NCBI GenBank assembly: GCA_023334545.1
Contig: JAADVB010000081.1
Location: 1 to 64,000 of the forward strand
Source of the DNA: Salisapilia sapeloensis CBS 127946
Taxonomy: Eukaryota > Protista > Oomycota
DNA: 64,000 bases
Reading direction: 5' to 3'
This document shows positions 12,075-22,887 of the stretch, piece after piece; the first letter of the stretch is position 1, and each line of letters begins with the position of its first letter. The notes below the pieces were generated by a model. That model saw only the letters and a list, made by a program, of their open reading frames with translations. It had not been told where the DNA came from and searched no databases. Position numbers and translations under genes: made by a program.

Positions 12075-14235
12075 ATGTCGCCCCGCCAAGGCAACATGCT
12101 ACGCGATGGAGAACAAGAACGTGAAAGCGCGGCAAGTACGGAACGGCTGACCATGCTTCGATCACCTAGCGCCAGTCCAGGTGCAGCGCCATTTGATGAG
12201 AACAATCCGTGTCCGTTCGTCACAGGTACCTACAGCGAAGATGAAGACCAGAACATGGAAGTCATGCGGTCGACGCCCGGCGTTGCTTTCTCGCCATCAC
12301 CGGTCGAGCATGAGGACGTCAAGCAGAGCAAAAGCCAAGTGAAATTCGCCTCTCTTGCAGACGACTTCCCCGTTGCCACGACTGGCACAGCTCTCCCCCT
12401 CGCGACACAGTCGTGCGCACAAGAGGCGGGTGGTGTCAACTTCTTTGCTAGTCCGTTCCACGGCCGACAATCACCTGCGCGTGCGGAGACGACTCAGATT
12501 GAAGAGATCGCACAGGCGGAGGAATCACAGGTGCTGTACAAGGAAGGCAACTTGAAAGGCGTGACGTTCGTCGCAGCATCCCATCGGAGTAGCTCTCCGT
12601 TGTGCGAAGAGAAAGTTGCTGCAGACAAAGTCATTCGGCAACAAAGGAGGTCTCCTTTTCAACTCCATGCGTCTAGTCCACTGCCATTGTATAGCTACGA
12701 CGCGAGTAAGGATGATATGGACGAAATGGAGGTAGGTGCTGCTCTAGAGCACTTTGTCCATAGATCCTCACGTTGTACTTGTAGGAAGTGCGATGGAATC
12801 TGCAGGAACAAGTCTTCCAAAGGTACACAGAACTGAGGCAGCAAGAGCCAGAGATGGGGACACTCGAGATTCGAGACAAGTAAGGTTGACAATACGATAG
12901 ACAGGATGGCGCTAATGTTTGCTACGACTGTAGTCGGACGTTCTTCCGCTCAGGCAAACGGAGGGAAGCAGTGATGATGGAGAAGCGATTCTACGAAGCT
13001 CGTTACAGAGAAGTAAGTTGTATATATTAAGACAGACAGTAGTAGCACTGACATGTTGGACGACAGACGCAGGACACGCAGTGGTTTGAGAAACGTCTCA
13101 AGGAGTTTGAAGAGCCCTACAAGAATTTCTGTGTAAGGTTCTATACATGCTTTTGGTCGTAGATGGTAGCTTAGATGGATATGATAGATGGAAGAGAAGA
13201 AACACAAGCTGGCTATGGTCCAAGCGCATCTTCAAAAGAGTACGTCCATCGTCCATACTGTTTCCTGTGACGGCATTGTAATAACCTTGGATGTATCGCA
13301 GCGTCACCTTTTAAGAAACTCCCGATCCTATGCAACCGGTTCCTGCTCGTGTGTCTTCGAGGACGAGGAGGCAACGGAGAAGTATGGGAAGTGCTCGACT
13401 ATCAACAGGGTCAACGCCGCGTCGCGATCAAACTCTCGACGGCGCAACGATATCTTCGAGAAGAACACTGTACGCACGTGGTAAGTCGTTAAAGTTGCTT
13501 ATTTTTCCCCGCACAATGCTCATTTCATGTACCAAAAGCGACTGCAACACCCGCACATTGTACTCGTTGGTGGCAATGCATTCGCGTTCGAGTATCGGCA
13601 GCAGATCTATTCTGCGTTCATGCAAGAGTGCATCAAGTCAGACTTGCAGCAAGAGCTCGACCTGTGCGACTGTCTGCCAGAGCCGACGTCCCTCAAGATG
13701 CTTTATCAACTCTTGACAGCCTTACTCTATCTACATGAAGAGGTAGTGTCTGCTAGTACAAGGTGGCCAAAACATTCTCATATATGTTTCCTCTTAGCAA
13801 AAGATCGCGCACTACGACTTAAAGCCGTCCAACATTCTCGTGTGCGAAGATATGACGATAAAGCTAACTGACTTTGGTCTCGCGCGCCATGTTGATGCGC
13901 AAACGGCAACTTCGACCATTGGTACCCTTCGGTATCTCCCACCCGAGTGTTTCCGAGACCGAGGAGATGCGACCGTTGGAACAGCCGAAAAGGCTGACGT
14001 GTGGATGGTCGGCGTCGTCTACGCACTGATGATCTGGGGCAAGCACCCGATCTTGGGTGACCGGTCGGCGCGAGAAGACGCGAAAAATCTCATCGGCAAC
14101 TTCAACGGCAACGTTCGGATCCCGAAACCCACGTCGGAAGTGTCACGGAAGATCATCCAGAGTTGCCTCCAGTTGGACCCGCGACAGCGACCGACGACGA
14201 GGGAGCTGCTGCAGGCAATGACGCAAGGCGTATAG
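12075..14235 (+). CDS. Tousled-like (TLK-type) Ser/Thr kinase, multi-exon, long low-complexity N-terminus
   Basis: Spliced kinase motifs NRFLLVCLRGRGGNGEVW, VAIK, IAHYDLKPSNIL, DFG, GTLRYLPPECF, DVWMVGV; HYD and YLPPECF are TLK hallmarks; coiled-coil exons precede the kinase. Confidence 0.8.
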
Positions 14236-15197
14236 GTCAACTACATCAAAGTACTATTAAAGAAAAAAGAAAAGAGTGTAGTTGTAGCGAAGACGATAAA
14301 AACAATTAGACTTGCATCCATCCCTAGTGCTTCTTGGTGAGTTGCCGTAAAAATTTGGAGGTGCAGGAGATAGGAAGCGATTCTCGGCAAGTAGAGAGAC
14401 AAGGGATACAGACAGCTCCCTGGATGTGAAGATACATGGACCAAACCACGGATGCAAGACGCAGCGCTGCTGAAAATTTCCAAGAGATGCTTGTGCACTG
14501 GATAGGAAGCACGTTCAAGTTACTGTCTAGGAAGGCATGATAATTTCCATGGGTATTGCTCGGTTACTGAAAGGCCGAGTTAGATACGATACGAACATGT
14601 GCAGCGTAAGCGTCCAGAGGGTATGGAGGACATGTCAATACTTCAGAATGCGTGCGCTACACTCCGAGTTACCCGGCCGATTTTTGGATACGGAAGTTTG
14701 CAATGAATCAAGTTGAACTTGGAGGTTGCATACGCTACGTGCATCTGAGTGTATGTCGACAATGCAAGCGATATTTTCATGATGAACACGGTGAATTCGA
14801 ATCGAGTATGGAAGCTGCTTGCTTTTCTCTGTGCTGTATACTGTCTGCCGGAAGCATCTCATATCGGTATTTACAATTCCTTATCGATGACGACAATTTT
14901 CGCACGTAAATTTTTGAAGGCAGTCTACCACAACAGTGCACTGCCGTGCGCACATATCATGCCAAGGTTGTGAAGAACATACAATCGTCAGCTGGCATGG
15001 TCGAGGAGGACGCAAGGTTTAGATCTTGAGACTGACCGGCCAGCCTCCGAAACGACGCTCGGCTTGTCACATGGCGTCCATATATGCGCCGCATCATCTT
15101 TATCTTTTAGGCAGAATCGTACGAGATGCAATGTGTTTCACAGGAAGGCTATTTCATGTGGTATAACGTGTTGTACTACCTTGATCGTGCGAGTTCG

Positions 15198-15991
15198 CTA
15201 GAACCTTGTGCAAGTACCATCTTCTATCTCCACTTCGAAATGATCGCTCCATTTTCTACCTCGCGACGTTGTACCTGTATAAGATCGATTGGTAGCCATA
15301 ACGATTTGGACCTTGCGTGCACTTGATGTTGCCGCATAAAGATAGGTGGTGGTGTTGACGAAAACAACGCGCATCGTCGGCAATGCAGTTGAAGCTTGAA
15401 GCAAGCTTTTTTGAACGCATGTTTCTGCCCGGCTTCGAGTGTCGTCGGGAGGTGATGAAGCTCGTACAGCCAACGATAGTCGTGTCAGCACTTCGGCTTC
15501 CACCGTCGTTGCATCCTGCACGATACTTGTAAATTTTTTAATTGACGTGACCGTGGTGGTATCCAGCTGGAAGTAAATAGCGAATCTTGAATGGCCATGC
15601 GCTGGTTGCCACAAAGTGGGTTCATGGCCAGTCAGTGGTTGCAACAGGGTTTTGGTTTCGAACAGCGCGATGTAAGGTACGACCACGAGGCAATGATTGC
15701 CATTGGTTCGACGAAACTACACGTACGCCCGTTCCGAAGATACAGCACGTGCTCATCAATGAGTGAAGACGTGAAGAAAGAGCTTACGTGGTAGAAAGAA
15801 TAAGAGTGGAAGGACGTCTCAGCTGGCGCGAGGCACTGGCTGTGCGAAATGTTGAATTTCAAACTGTTGAATTTCAAGTGATTTTTTGCAAAAGCCAGCA
15901 ACACATCTCTATTCCAACATCTGCAGACTGTCCATGCCGTTTGACACGGTGCAATCGCAGGTTTGAAAAGCGGCCAGAACCGAATTAGCAC
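15198..15991 (-). CDS. Hypothetical protein (5' end uncertain)
   Basis: 162-aa ORF plus an upstream exon joinable through a GTAAGC..GTGTAG intron; no ATG or domain resolved. Confidence 0.35.
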
Positions 15992-16016
15992 GCCAAGACG
16001 TAAATGCCCAAATTGG

Positions 16017-16415
16017 ATGAAGCGGTCCAGAGCCTACGAAGACCTCGTCGCACTCGAATCGACGCATACCAAGCCTCGATGCAGACACTTTGGCAGTAAA
16101 CGACAAAAGACCGACAAGATTGCCAAAGAGCTGTCACTTGACCATCTCGTCCTAGACGACGAGCGAGATGACCTCGACCATCCCGAAGAGGCGCATTGCG
16201 ACTTCACCATATCACCTACGGAAATCTCCTTTCTACAGAACGACGATAAGACCGACAAACTATTCGCACTACCGGACTCGACGACCCACTCGCGACTGCG
16301 ACGAAATCGCGTCCGACTAGAAGCACTTCATCTGAGTTCGTTCGAAAAGCGCTTGGCGCCATACATCGAATGCCGGACCATGGCACTTCAGCCGCTGCAC
16401 CAGCACAACGCGTAA
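16017..16415 (+). CDS. Hypothetical protein (132 aa)
   Basis: ATG-initiated ORF MKRSRAYEDL.. with basic NLS-like stretches; fills the gap between neighbours. Confidence 0.55.
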   Translation: MKRSRAYEDLVALESTHTKPRCRHFGSKRQKTDKIAKELSLDHLVLDDERDDLDHPEEAHCDFTISPTEISFLQNDDKTDKLFALPDSTTHSRLRRNRVRLEALHLSSFEKRLAPYIECRTMALQPLHQHNA

Positions 16416-16572
16416 AGCTGCTTCTCCGCCCTTCATCTCGTCGAAGATGGCGTACCGCTCGTGTACCGGTCTTCTTCAAGTCGTTGAAGAAACGGAAGAC
16501 TTGGCTGCTTCTTGCTATTTAAATAGAAAGTTATACAATTCTTGCAATCTACTTATGGTTTTATTTCTCTAT

Positions 16573-17831
16573 TTATGCATATGGGTTCCATTGACTATGT
16601 CCGCCAGGAGGTGGACGTCTCGAGCTACTCGACATGGTACTACGTCCAGAGTCCGATGGCGTCGCAATGCGTCGACCGTGGTCCACCCACGGACTACGAT
16701 TTCCATACTGATGACTGATCTGGTTGCCTGATCCGAAGGTCGCAGGTTCGTGGCTCGACACGCGCTGCTTGAATTGCTGTTGCTGAACCAACTTGGACAA
16801 GGGCGAAGTAGCTCCGTGACGAGCCGACGAAAGGCTTTGGTAACTTGAAGTTGGCGGCGGGCCATAGCTCTGGCAGCTGGAAGTGGATCGAGATCCAACG
16901 GAGCTGCCACGACGCGCAAGCCACAGCCGGCGCTTCTTCTCCCAATTCTGATCGCGCTTGGAGCTTGTTAATGGTGGCTGCTGCGTCCAAGTAGAAGAAA
17001 CGGTGCTGTTCCCACGAGATAACGAAGCTTCTCTACCAAAGGAAGAGTACGATGGCTGATGGTTCATATCTGCGCCTCCGGTTGGATAGTAGCTATCTCC
17101 TTCCACCCGATGAGCGTCAAGTCGATTGTTAGCTGATGCCGTCGATGGGTGGAGATCGCTGCGATAGCTACCAGCAGTTGGCGGTATCAAAGGATCTTGG
17201 TAACCTCGCATGCCAGATGCAGCTGAGATACTTTCCTCATACGCACCCGAGCTTGGTGGGCTCCGGATCATATGCTCTCCACTTCCATACGCATTCGTGG
17301 TAGGCATAGCCTGATCTCGGTAATAACTTGAAGTCGGTGGCGGTCTGGCCAGCCCAGCTTCGCCACGATAGCTGCCAGAAGTAGGTGGAGCCTGATCTGC
17401 GTAATAGTTTGAAGTAGGAGGCGGTCGGGACATTGCAGTGTCTACACGATAGCTGCCAGAAGTAGGTGGAGCCTGGTCTCCATAGTAGCTAGTAGGTGGA
17501 GGTCTGGACACTGCAGTTTCGCCACGATAGCTGCCTGACGTTTGTGGAGGTTGTACAGCCGATTGCAATCGACTATTCTCGGTCGTACTCGGACAGTCGT
17601 ACATTTTAAAGTGTTGCTCGGAGACGGGCGAGTCGTGGACTTCGCTTCGTGGTGGATCCATCGACCCAAAGCCACCAGCACCTACATACTCATCCTGTTC
17701 AGCGTACATGCTCCTTTTAACGCAAATATATCGATGATACCAAATCCGAGAGAGGAGCGACCACCAGGAGGAGCGTGTAGCCTAGTCGAGCTTCGCTTTA
17801 CATGCATGTCCGCAGACGTTAGTGTCGACAT
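16573..17831 (-). CDS. Jupiter/HN1-like PPGG-motif protein (putative microtubule-associated), 2 exons
   Basis: Exon 1 17741-17831 (STRLHAPPGGRSSLGF) spliced by 59-nt intron 17682-17740 to the 378-aa ORF ending RRPPPGGHSQW. Confidence 0.75.
17300..17545 (-). repeat. Three coding tandem repeats of 78-81 nt (TSGSYR..RPPPTS.YY.DQA)
   Basis: CGATAGCTGCC starts at 17366, 17447 and 17525; a degenerate copy lies near 17162. Confidence 0.9.
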
Positions 17832-18520
17832 GTTTTCACGTCTAGGAAATGAGAAATGGCTATATTTGGAACGCTCGACGTCGTCTGTAGGATCCCACTT
17901 TCCTAGTAGACATGAGCTTATTTGATGCTGCTAAAGACCTCGTCTGGTTCGCTCTGAGGGATAATAGAAATAAGACAGTAGACCTGACGAGTGTTAGTTT
18001 CCACATCAATTCTTTCTACGATCATTTGCTCTCCGAAAGGCATGCTCAACCTCAGAAATCCATCAAAGTTTCCAAACTTCCAAATACATTTCCATTCCAA
18101 TTCCATATCCACAAACCTTAGTAAAAACATCAAATAGCGCGTCAGATGTCAATGTCTAAGCTAGACATCTTCTTGGCGACTTGATGGACGAAATGGATTC
18201 GAAGCACTTGGTAACTTGGACGACGGTCACCTCTCGTCAAAAGTATCGCGATACCTCCCACAAATCATTATCACGATGTACACCTTGACTAAGTCTTTTT
18301 AATTATTTATAACAATATATCATATATGAAATCTACTATTGAAGCAAATGCTAATCAAAACATTGTACCTTTTTATCGATTACTGCGTAAAATCAATTTG
18401 TAAAGGATCAGTTCTAGGAGGTATGACGGTATCTCGACACCCAACTAAACCACATTACGCCTATCGTACTTGTCATTCATATCCTCCGTCACCTCCAATA
18501 GCTCAGATTGCTACATTACG

Positions 18521-20244
18521 ATGCTATCCGAGTCGGAAGCTGCGTTCTACTCCTTCGGAGCTGTCATGCTCCTGCTCTATCTAGTCCCTGCAGGCATCTA
18601 CACTAGCTACAGGCTATACAGACAGCCCAAAGCAGCTCTTCGATCCAATGCTTTTCAATTCCACCTCGCGATCGTAGTCATCCTCATCGCACTCCTGTGG
18701 CAATGTTTACGTACACTTGAGGACGTCGATATCTCTGGCGTCTTCGACCCCTATGATATCCTCGGTGTGACCATGTCAACCTCCATTAAGGACATTAAGC
18801 GCAAATACAGACGCATGGGAAGAGAACTTCATCCTGACAAGAACCCTAGTGCCCAGGCAGCAGCACAATTCCAGCGCCTGACGAAAGCCTATGAAGCACT
18901 GACAGATGCACGAGGGATGGAAAACTATAAAAAGTATGGTCATCCAGACGGCAAGCAGTCGATCCTGATGAACTTTGCCGGTCTATCCGACTTTGGCGAT
19001 AGCAACGGGTCGATCTTTGTCCTCCTCTACTTTATCGGTATCTTTGTCGGTCTCCTCTTCCTCGTCTACTACGTCCGAGGAGGTGGTAGTAGTCGAGATA
19101 GAACCCACGTATCGAAAGACACTAGACAGAAGCTCGTGGAGGCTGTAAAGAATGACATGAGCGTCCAGGACATTGCAGAGCTCTTGCTCTCCACCCCTGA
19201 GATGGCAGGAACAAGTAGTGAGAAGGAGACAATGGAGCTACAGCAACGCAGCAAAGCGCATGAAAAAGTTTTGAAGAAGATAGACGCAGCCAAAGCTCTA
19301 CCAGCACCTGCCATTGCTCGTATCAAGAAATGCACTGATCTAGCGACTCGGTATCATTTCCGTACAAGGCTCTATCATGTAGTATCTAACTGAGTCATGT
19401 AGAGAGAACCTCATCGCCTTGTACTGCTTCCTCCGTCGCCACAAGCTGCCAAACCTCATGAAACCTGATTGGCGTACTCTTTCCTACTTCTATAACAGCT
19501 ACAACAGTTCTCATACCTCGAAATAGTCGAAATGCGTACGCGTCGTGTCGTCCTCGAACTCCCCTTCCTCCTAGACGTACTCCTTAGTATCCTCTACCTC
19601 CATTCTACCTCTAACTCACGATAATCGTAGCTCTTTGCCGACATCGCGACGGCCGTGAGCGTTAAACGCGGAGATAAGAGTACAACGGTGGAGCGTTGTG
19701 TGGGTCTGCTAGCAGGTATGATGCAAGGCAGCCTCGTCGCAGATGACCAGGCACTACAGGAGCAACGCCAGCGCCTCTCGACCGCTCCTCCGTCCTATCA
19801 GCTCGTCAATCCGTCCTTGTGCGTAGTCGACGAAGACCACGTGCGGCCTGGCGACTACCTGACACTATCGCTACAACTCGTTCGAGAGCATCTAGATGAA
19901 GGAGACAGCGCCCCATTAGCAGCAAGTGTCTACGATCAAGTGGATCCGTCCATCTTGTATCGAAAGGAACATGTCTACTTTATCGTGACGGAGAAAAAGA
20001 GTCGACAGCTCTTGTCTGCTTGGAAGTGCAACGACTTGAACAAGACAGTGGACGTCCAGAAAGTGTTCCAAGGACCGTTCAAACCAGGTACGATGCATAT
20101 ATTGATCCGTCTGCTCTAGTTATATTCATGCTGTGTCTAGCCAAGTACCAGGTCGAGATCCAAGCCATGTCAATGTGCTACTTGGATGTCTCGAGTACCA
20201 CTTCCGTACCTCTCGAGGTCGAAATGGAGATGGATCGGAAGTAG
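18521..20244 (+). CDS. Sec63-like membrane J-domain protein, multi-exon
   Basis: TM helices flanking J domain (FDPYDILGV..HPDKN..KAYEALTD..YGHPDG) followed by Sec63/Brl-like helical and Ig-like regions. Confidence 0.82.
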
Positions 20245-20254
20245 AAAATCTGAA

Positions 20255-20943
20255 TTACTGAATGACACACTCATCATCGTCCTTGTGTTTTCCCTCTCGT
20301 CGTCGCTCCATCTCACGTTCCTTGGCCTCTCGTCTCATCCGTTCCTCTCGACGGACAAAGTAGCCTGCTTTTTCATCCAATTTATAATGCTGCATGTGCC
20401 TAGAGGTCGATTAGTACGAGAAGAGGATGGCGGAGAGGATGGCGTACGCTGTGACGCGAGCACTGCCTGGACTGCGTGCCGTAGGGGTATTGTCCCGAGA
20501 GGAAGACGAGTGCATTTGCGCCCTCTTCTTCGGCTCGACGCCATAGTGATGATAGAGCCATTCTTCCTCATTAATGCCATAAGCTGGTCCGGTATACATG
20601 GTAAAGTTGGAGCTGCCTCGTCTGGACCTCGGTCCGTACGTTTGTTTCCCGAACCGGTCATCTCCGGCGGTTGGATTGTAGGAAGTCCGGAACGTAGCGT
20701 CATACTGTCGTCGTTCTTGCGGATCCGTGAGAATATGATACGCCTCGTTCACGCGTTTAAAAGCTTCGGCTTTCGACTGATCATTCCCTGTTACATCCGG
20801 GTGCAGCTTTCGTGCTAATTTCCGATAAGCTTCTTTAATTTCTTTGGTCGATGCATTCCTACGCTCCAATAAGTCCTTGTATAATCACTAGTATCCATCA
20901 ATGGAACCTACCGAGAGACGCTGAGGACGGCGTAGTAATTCAT
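20255..20943 (-). CDS. J-domain (DnaJ) protein ending in CAAX box CVIQ, 3 exons
   Basis: MNYYAVLSVSR/NAS..HPD J domain; introns 20859-20911 and 20400-20447; last exon ends ECVIQ-stop. Confidence 0.88.
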
Positions 20944-21152
20944 TCTGAATTCTTTTCTTTTTCCAAGAACCACTTGTCGCAGGTACCGCACCCACCCAAC
21001 AAAGTACGCTCCCTTTTATACCGCAGTTTCGACCGTCGAGTATTCTCTCTGACTCTTTGTATACCGCCAAAGAGACAGATTCTCGCTCTCGACCACACTT
21101 GCTCTTCGCACCCGTTGGCTTCTGCCCGATAGCTACTTCCTCGATACACGTC

Positions 21153-22708
21153 ATGAGCGTCTCGAATGATCGCGCACGATGGAGCCTCGCTCGCGCCACG
21201 GAGTTCTTTAGTGGAGATGGAAAACCAGACATGTACACACCTCTTTCTTGGTCCTAGTAGACGATTCGAACCTTAAAACACCATTTTTAGGCTTGATATT
21301 CGAGGCATGACGGCCGTCACCAAAGGTGCGACGGGGAAGCGTGATAAATTCCGTAAGAGCGTCTCGAAATGTGGCGTGTCGATCTACGGGCCCAAGCACC
21401 AGCAATCTACAGGTACACTTGTTTCGTCGACATCCCTCTCGCTTTGACATACTAAGAACACGTATAGAAGCGTCGCGAGGGAGCGGCAAGGAACGTATCT
21501 TTATTGAAGACCCGCGAGCGCCTTGTTTAAACATTGACTATGCCAATGAAGCCTACAGGCTCTTGCCGTCGTCTGAGAAGTTTAGCGCCCATTCGGGCGT
21601 CTGCCAGATCCTCGGCACCAAGAGCATTCGAGGTGGCAAGCACAGGATTAAAGTCGGCGATATCATCCGCTTTGGGAGCGTCGGGCTACTAGTGACGGAG
21701 ATTGACACTGGCGGCGTCGGACCGAACGACGCCTCGCTCTCGACCGCCGAGACCAATAGTCTCATCCAGCGCGTCGTCTGCCATGACGATGGCGTCGCGG
21801 ACGTTGACTCTGGTCTGGACACGGATGACGATGGCGGGGAAGGCTCTGGGAATGACGAGAGTAAGCCTCGAGCGTCTCTCTCTCGACAATCCACGAGTGC
21901 CATTTGCTACGTCTGCTACGACGAGACGGAGGAAGACAACCCTCTCATCTCGCCATGTAAATGCACTGGTGATACCAAGTACATTCATCTGAATTGTCTC
22001 AAGCGCTGGAACACGAATGGCGAGAAGAATGAGATTTGCACCGTCTTGGATGAACGTAACGCTCGATGCTGTAGCATTTGCAAAGCTCCTTACCCAAGCA
22101 AGACACGTCTTCCATCCGGGAAGTGCATCTCTCTCCTCCCCGATCGTCTCCAAGCACCCAACATTATGTTCCAAGTCGTGACGAAACACTCGTCATCAAC
22201 GCTGAACCTATCGACGAGATACCAACTGAGCTACAAGAGTCTCTTGGAGAATGACATCCATCGTCCGCTCATGGTCGGACGCTCATCTCAATGCGATCTC
22301 GTCCTCAAGTATCGCACCGTCTCGACCATCCACGCGGAGATTCACTATACCAAGGGTGAATTCTTCCTCAAGGACGCCGGGAGCTCCAATGGGACACTAC
22401 GATACATTTATCGTCCACTTACGCTGCATAACAATCAGAGTCTCCACGTCAAGTTCGGTCGTACGGTCTTGTCAATTAAACCGACGAAGAAGATTCGATT
22501 GCCGCACTTCTTCTCCGGTACGACTGGAAATGGTCCGATGAATGAGTATGGACGATCGGAGGACGGTATGCAAGAAGAGGACGATCAGGCGCTGGACCAC
22601 GTGACGCCGACGGACCAGCGGCAGCGCTTTGCGTCGCCCCCCGCGGCTAGTTCGAATGGCAATGCTGGACATGGGCTCCAGTCGCAGATGGACAATTTAG
22701 ACTTGTAG
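21153..22708 (+). CDS. FHA - RING-CH (RINGv) - FHA protein, probable E3 ligase
   Basis: CYVC..PCKCTG..IHLNCLKRW..CSIC RINGv; GRSSQCD..VSTIHA..SSNGT FHA; N-terminal partial FHA (GDIIRFG); two 5' introns inferred. Confidence 0.88.
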
Positions 22709-22710
22709 CA

Positions 22711-22797
22711 CAAGTGTCCTCCACGACAAAATGGACACTTGAGAATGTCCTCCATGAGAAATGGACATTTTGATAGTGTCCTCCATGACAGGATCAC
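22711..22797. repeat. 31-nt-period tandem repeat, each unit a stem-loop
   Basis: TGTCCTCCA at 22715, 22746 and 22777; stems caagtgtcc/ggacacttg and aatgtcc/ggacatt. Confidence 0.85.
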
Positions 22798-22887
22798 GAC
22801 GCGAGGAGCATGCATACTGTAATAATTTTCAACCTTTGCCATGAATTTGTCAACCTTTCTTGTATGTCCACTTGTATTATTGTCCTC

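Noticed and set aside
17912-18133. 69-71-aa ORFs on both strands
   Set aside because: AT-rich divergent promoter region; no coding signal
22711-22797. Palindromic repeats as a CRISPR array
   Set aside because: Eukaryotic context, no unique spacers, no cas genes
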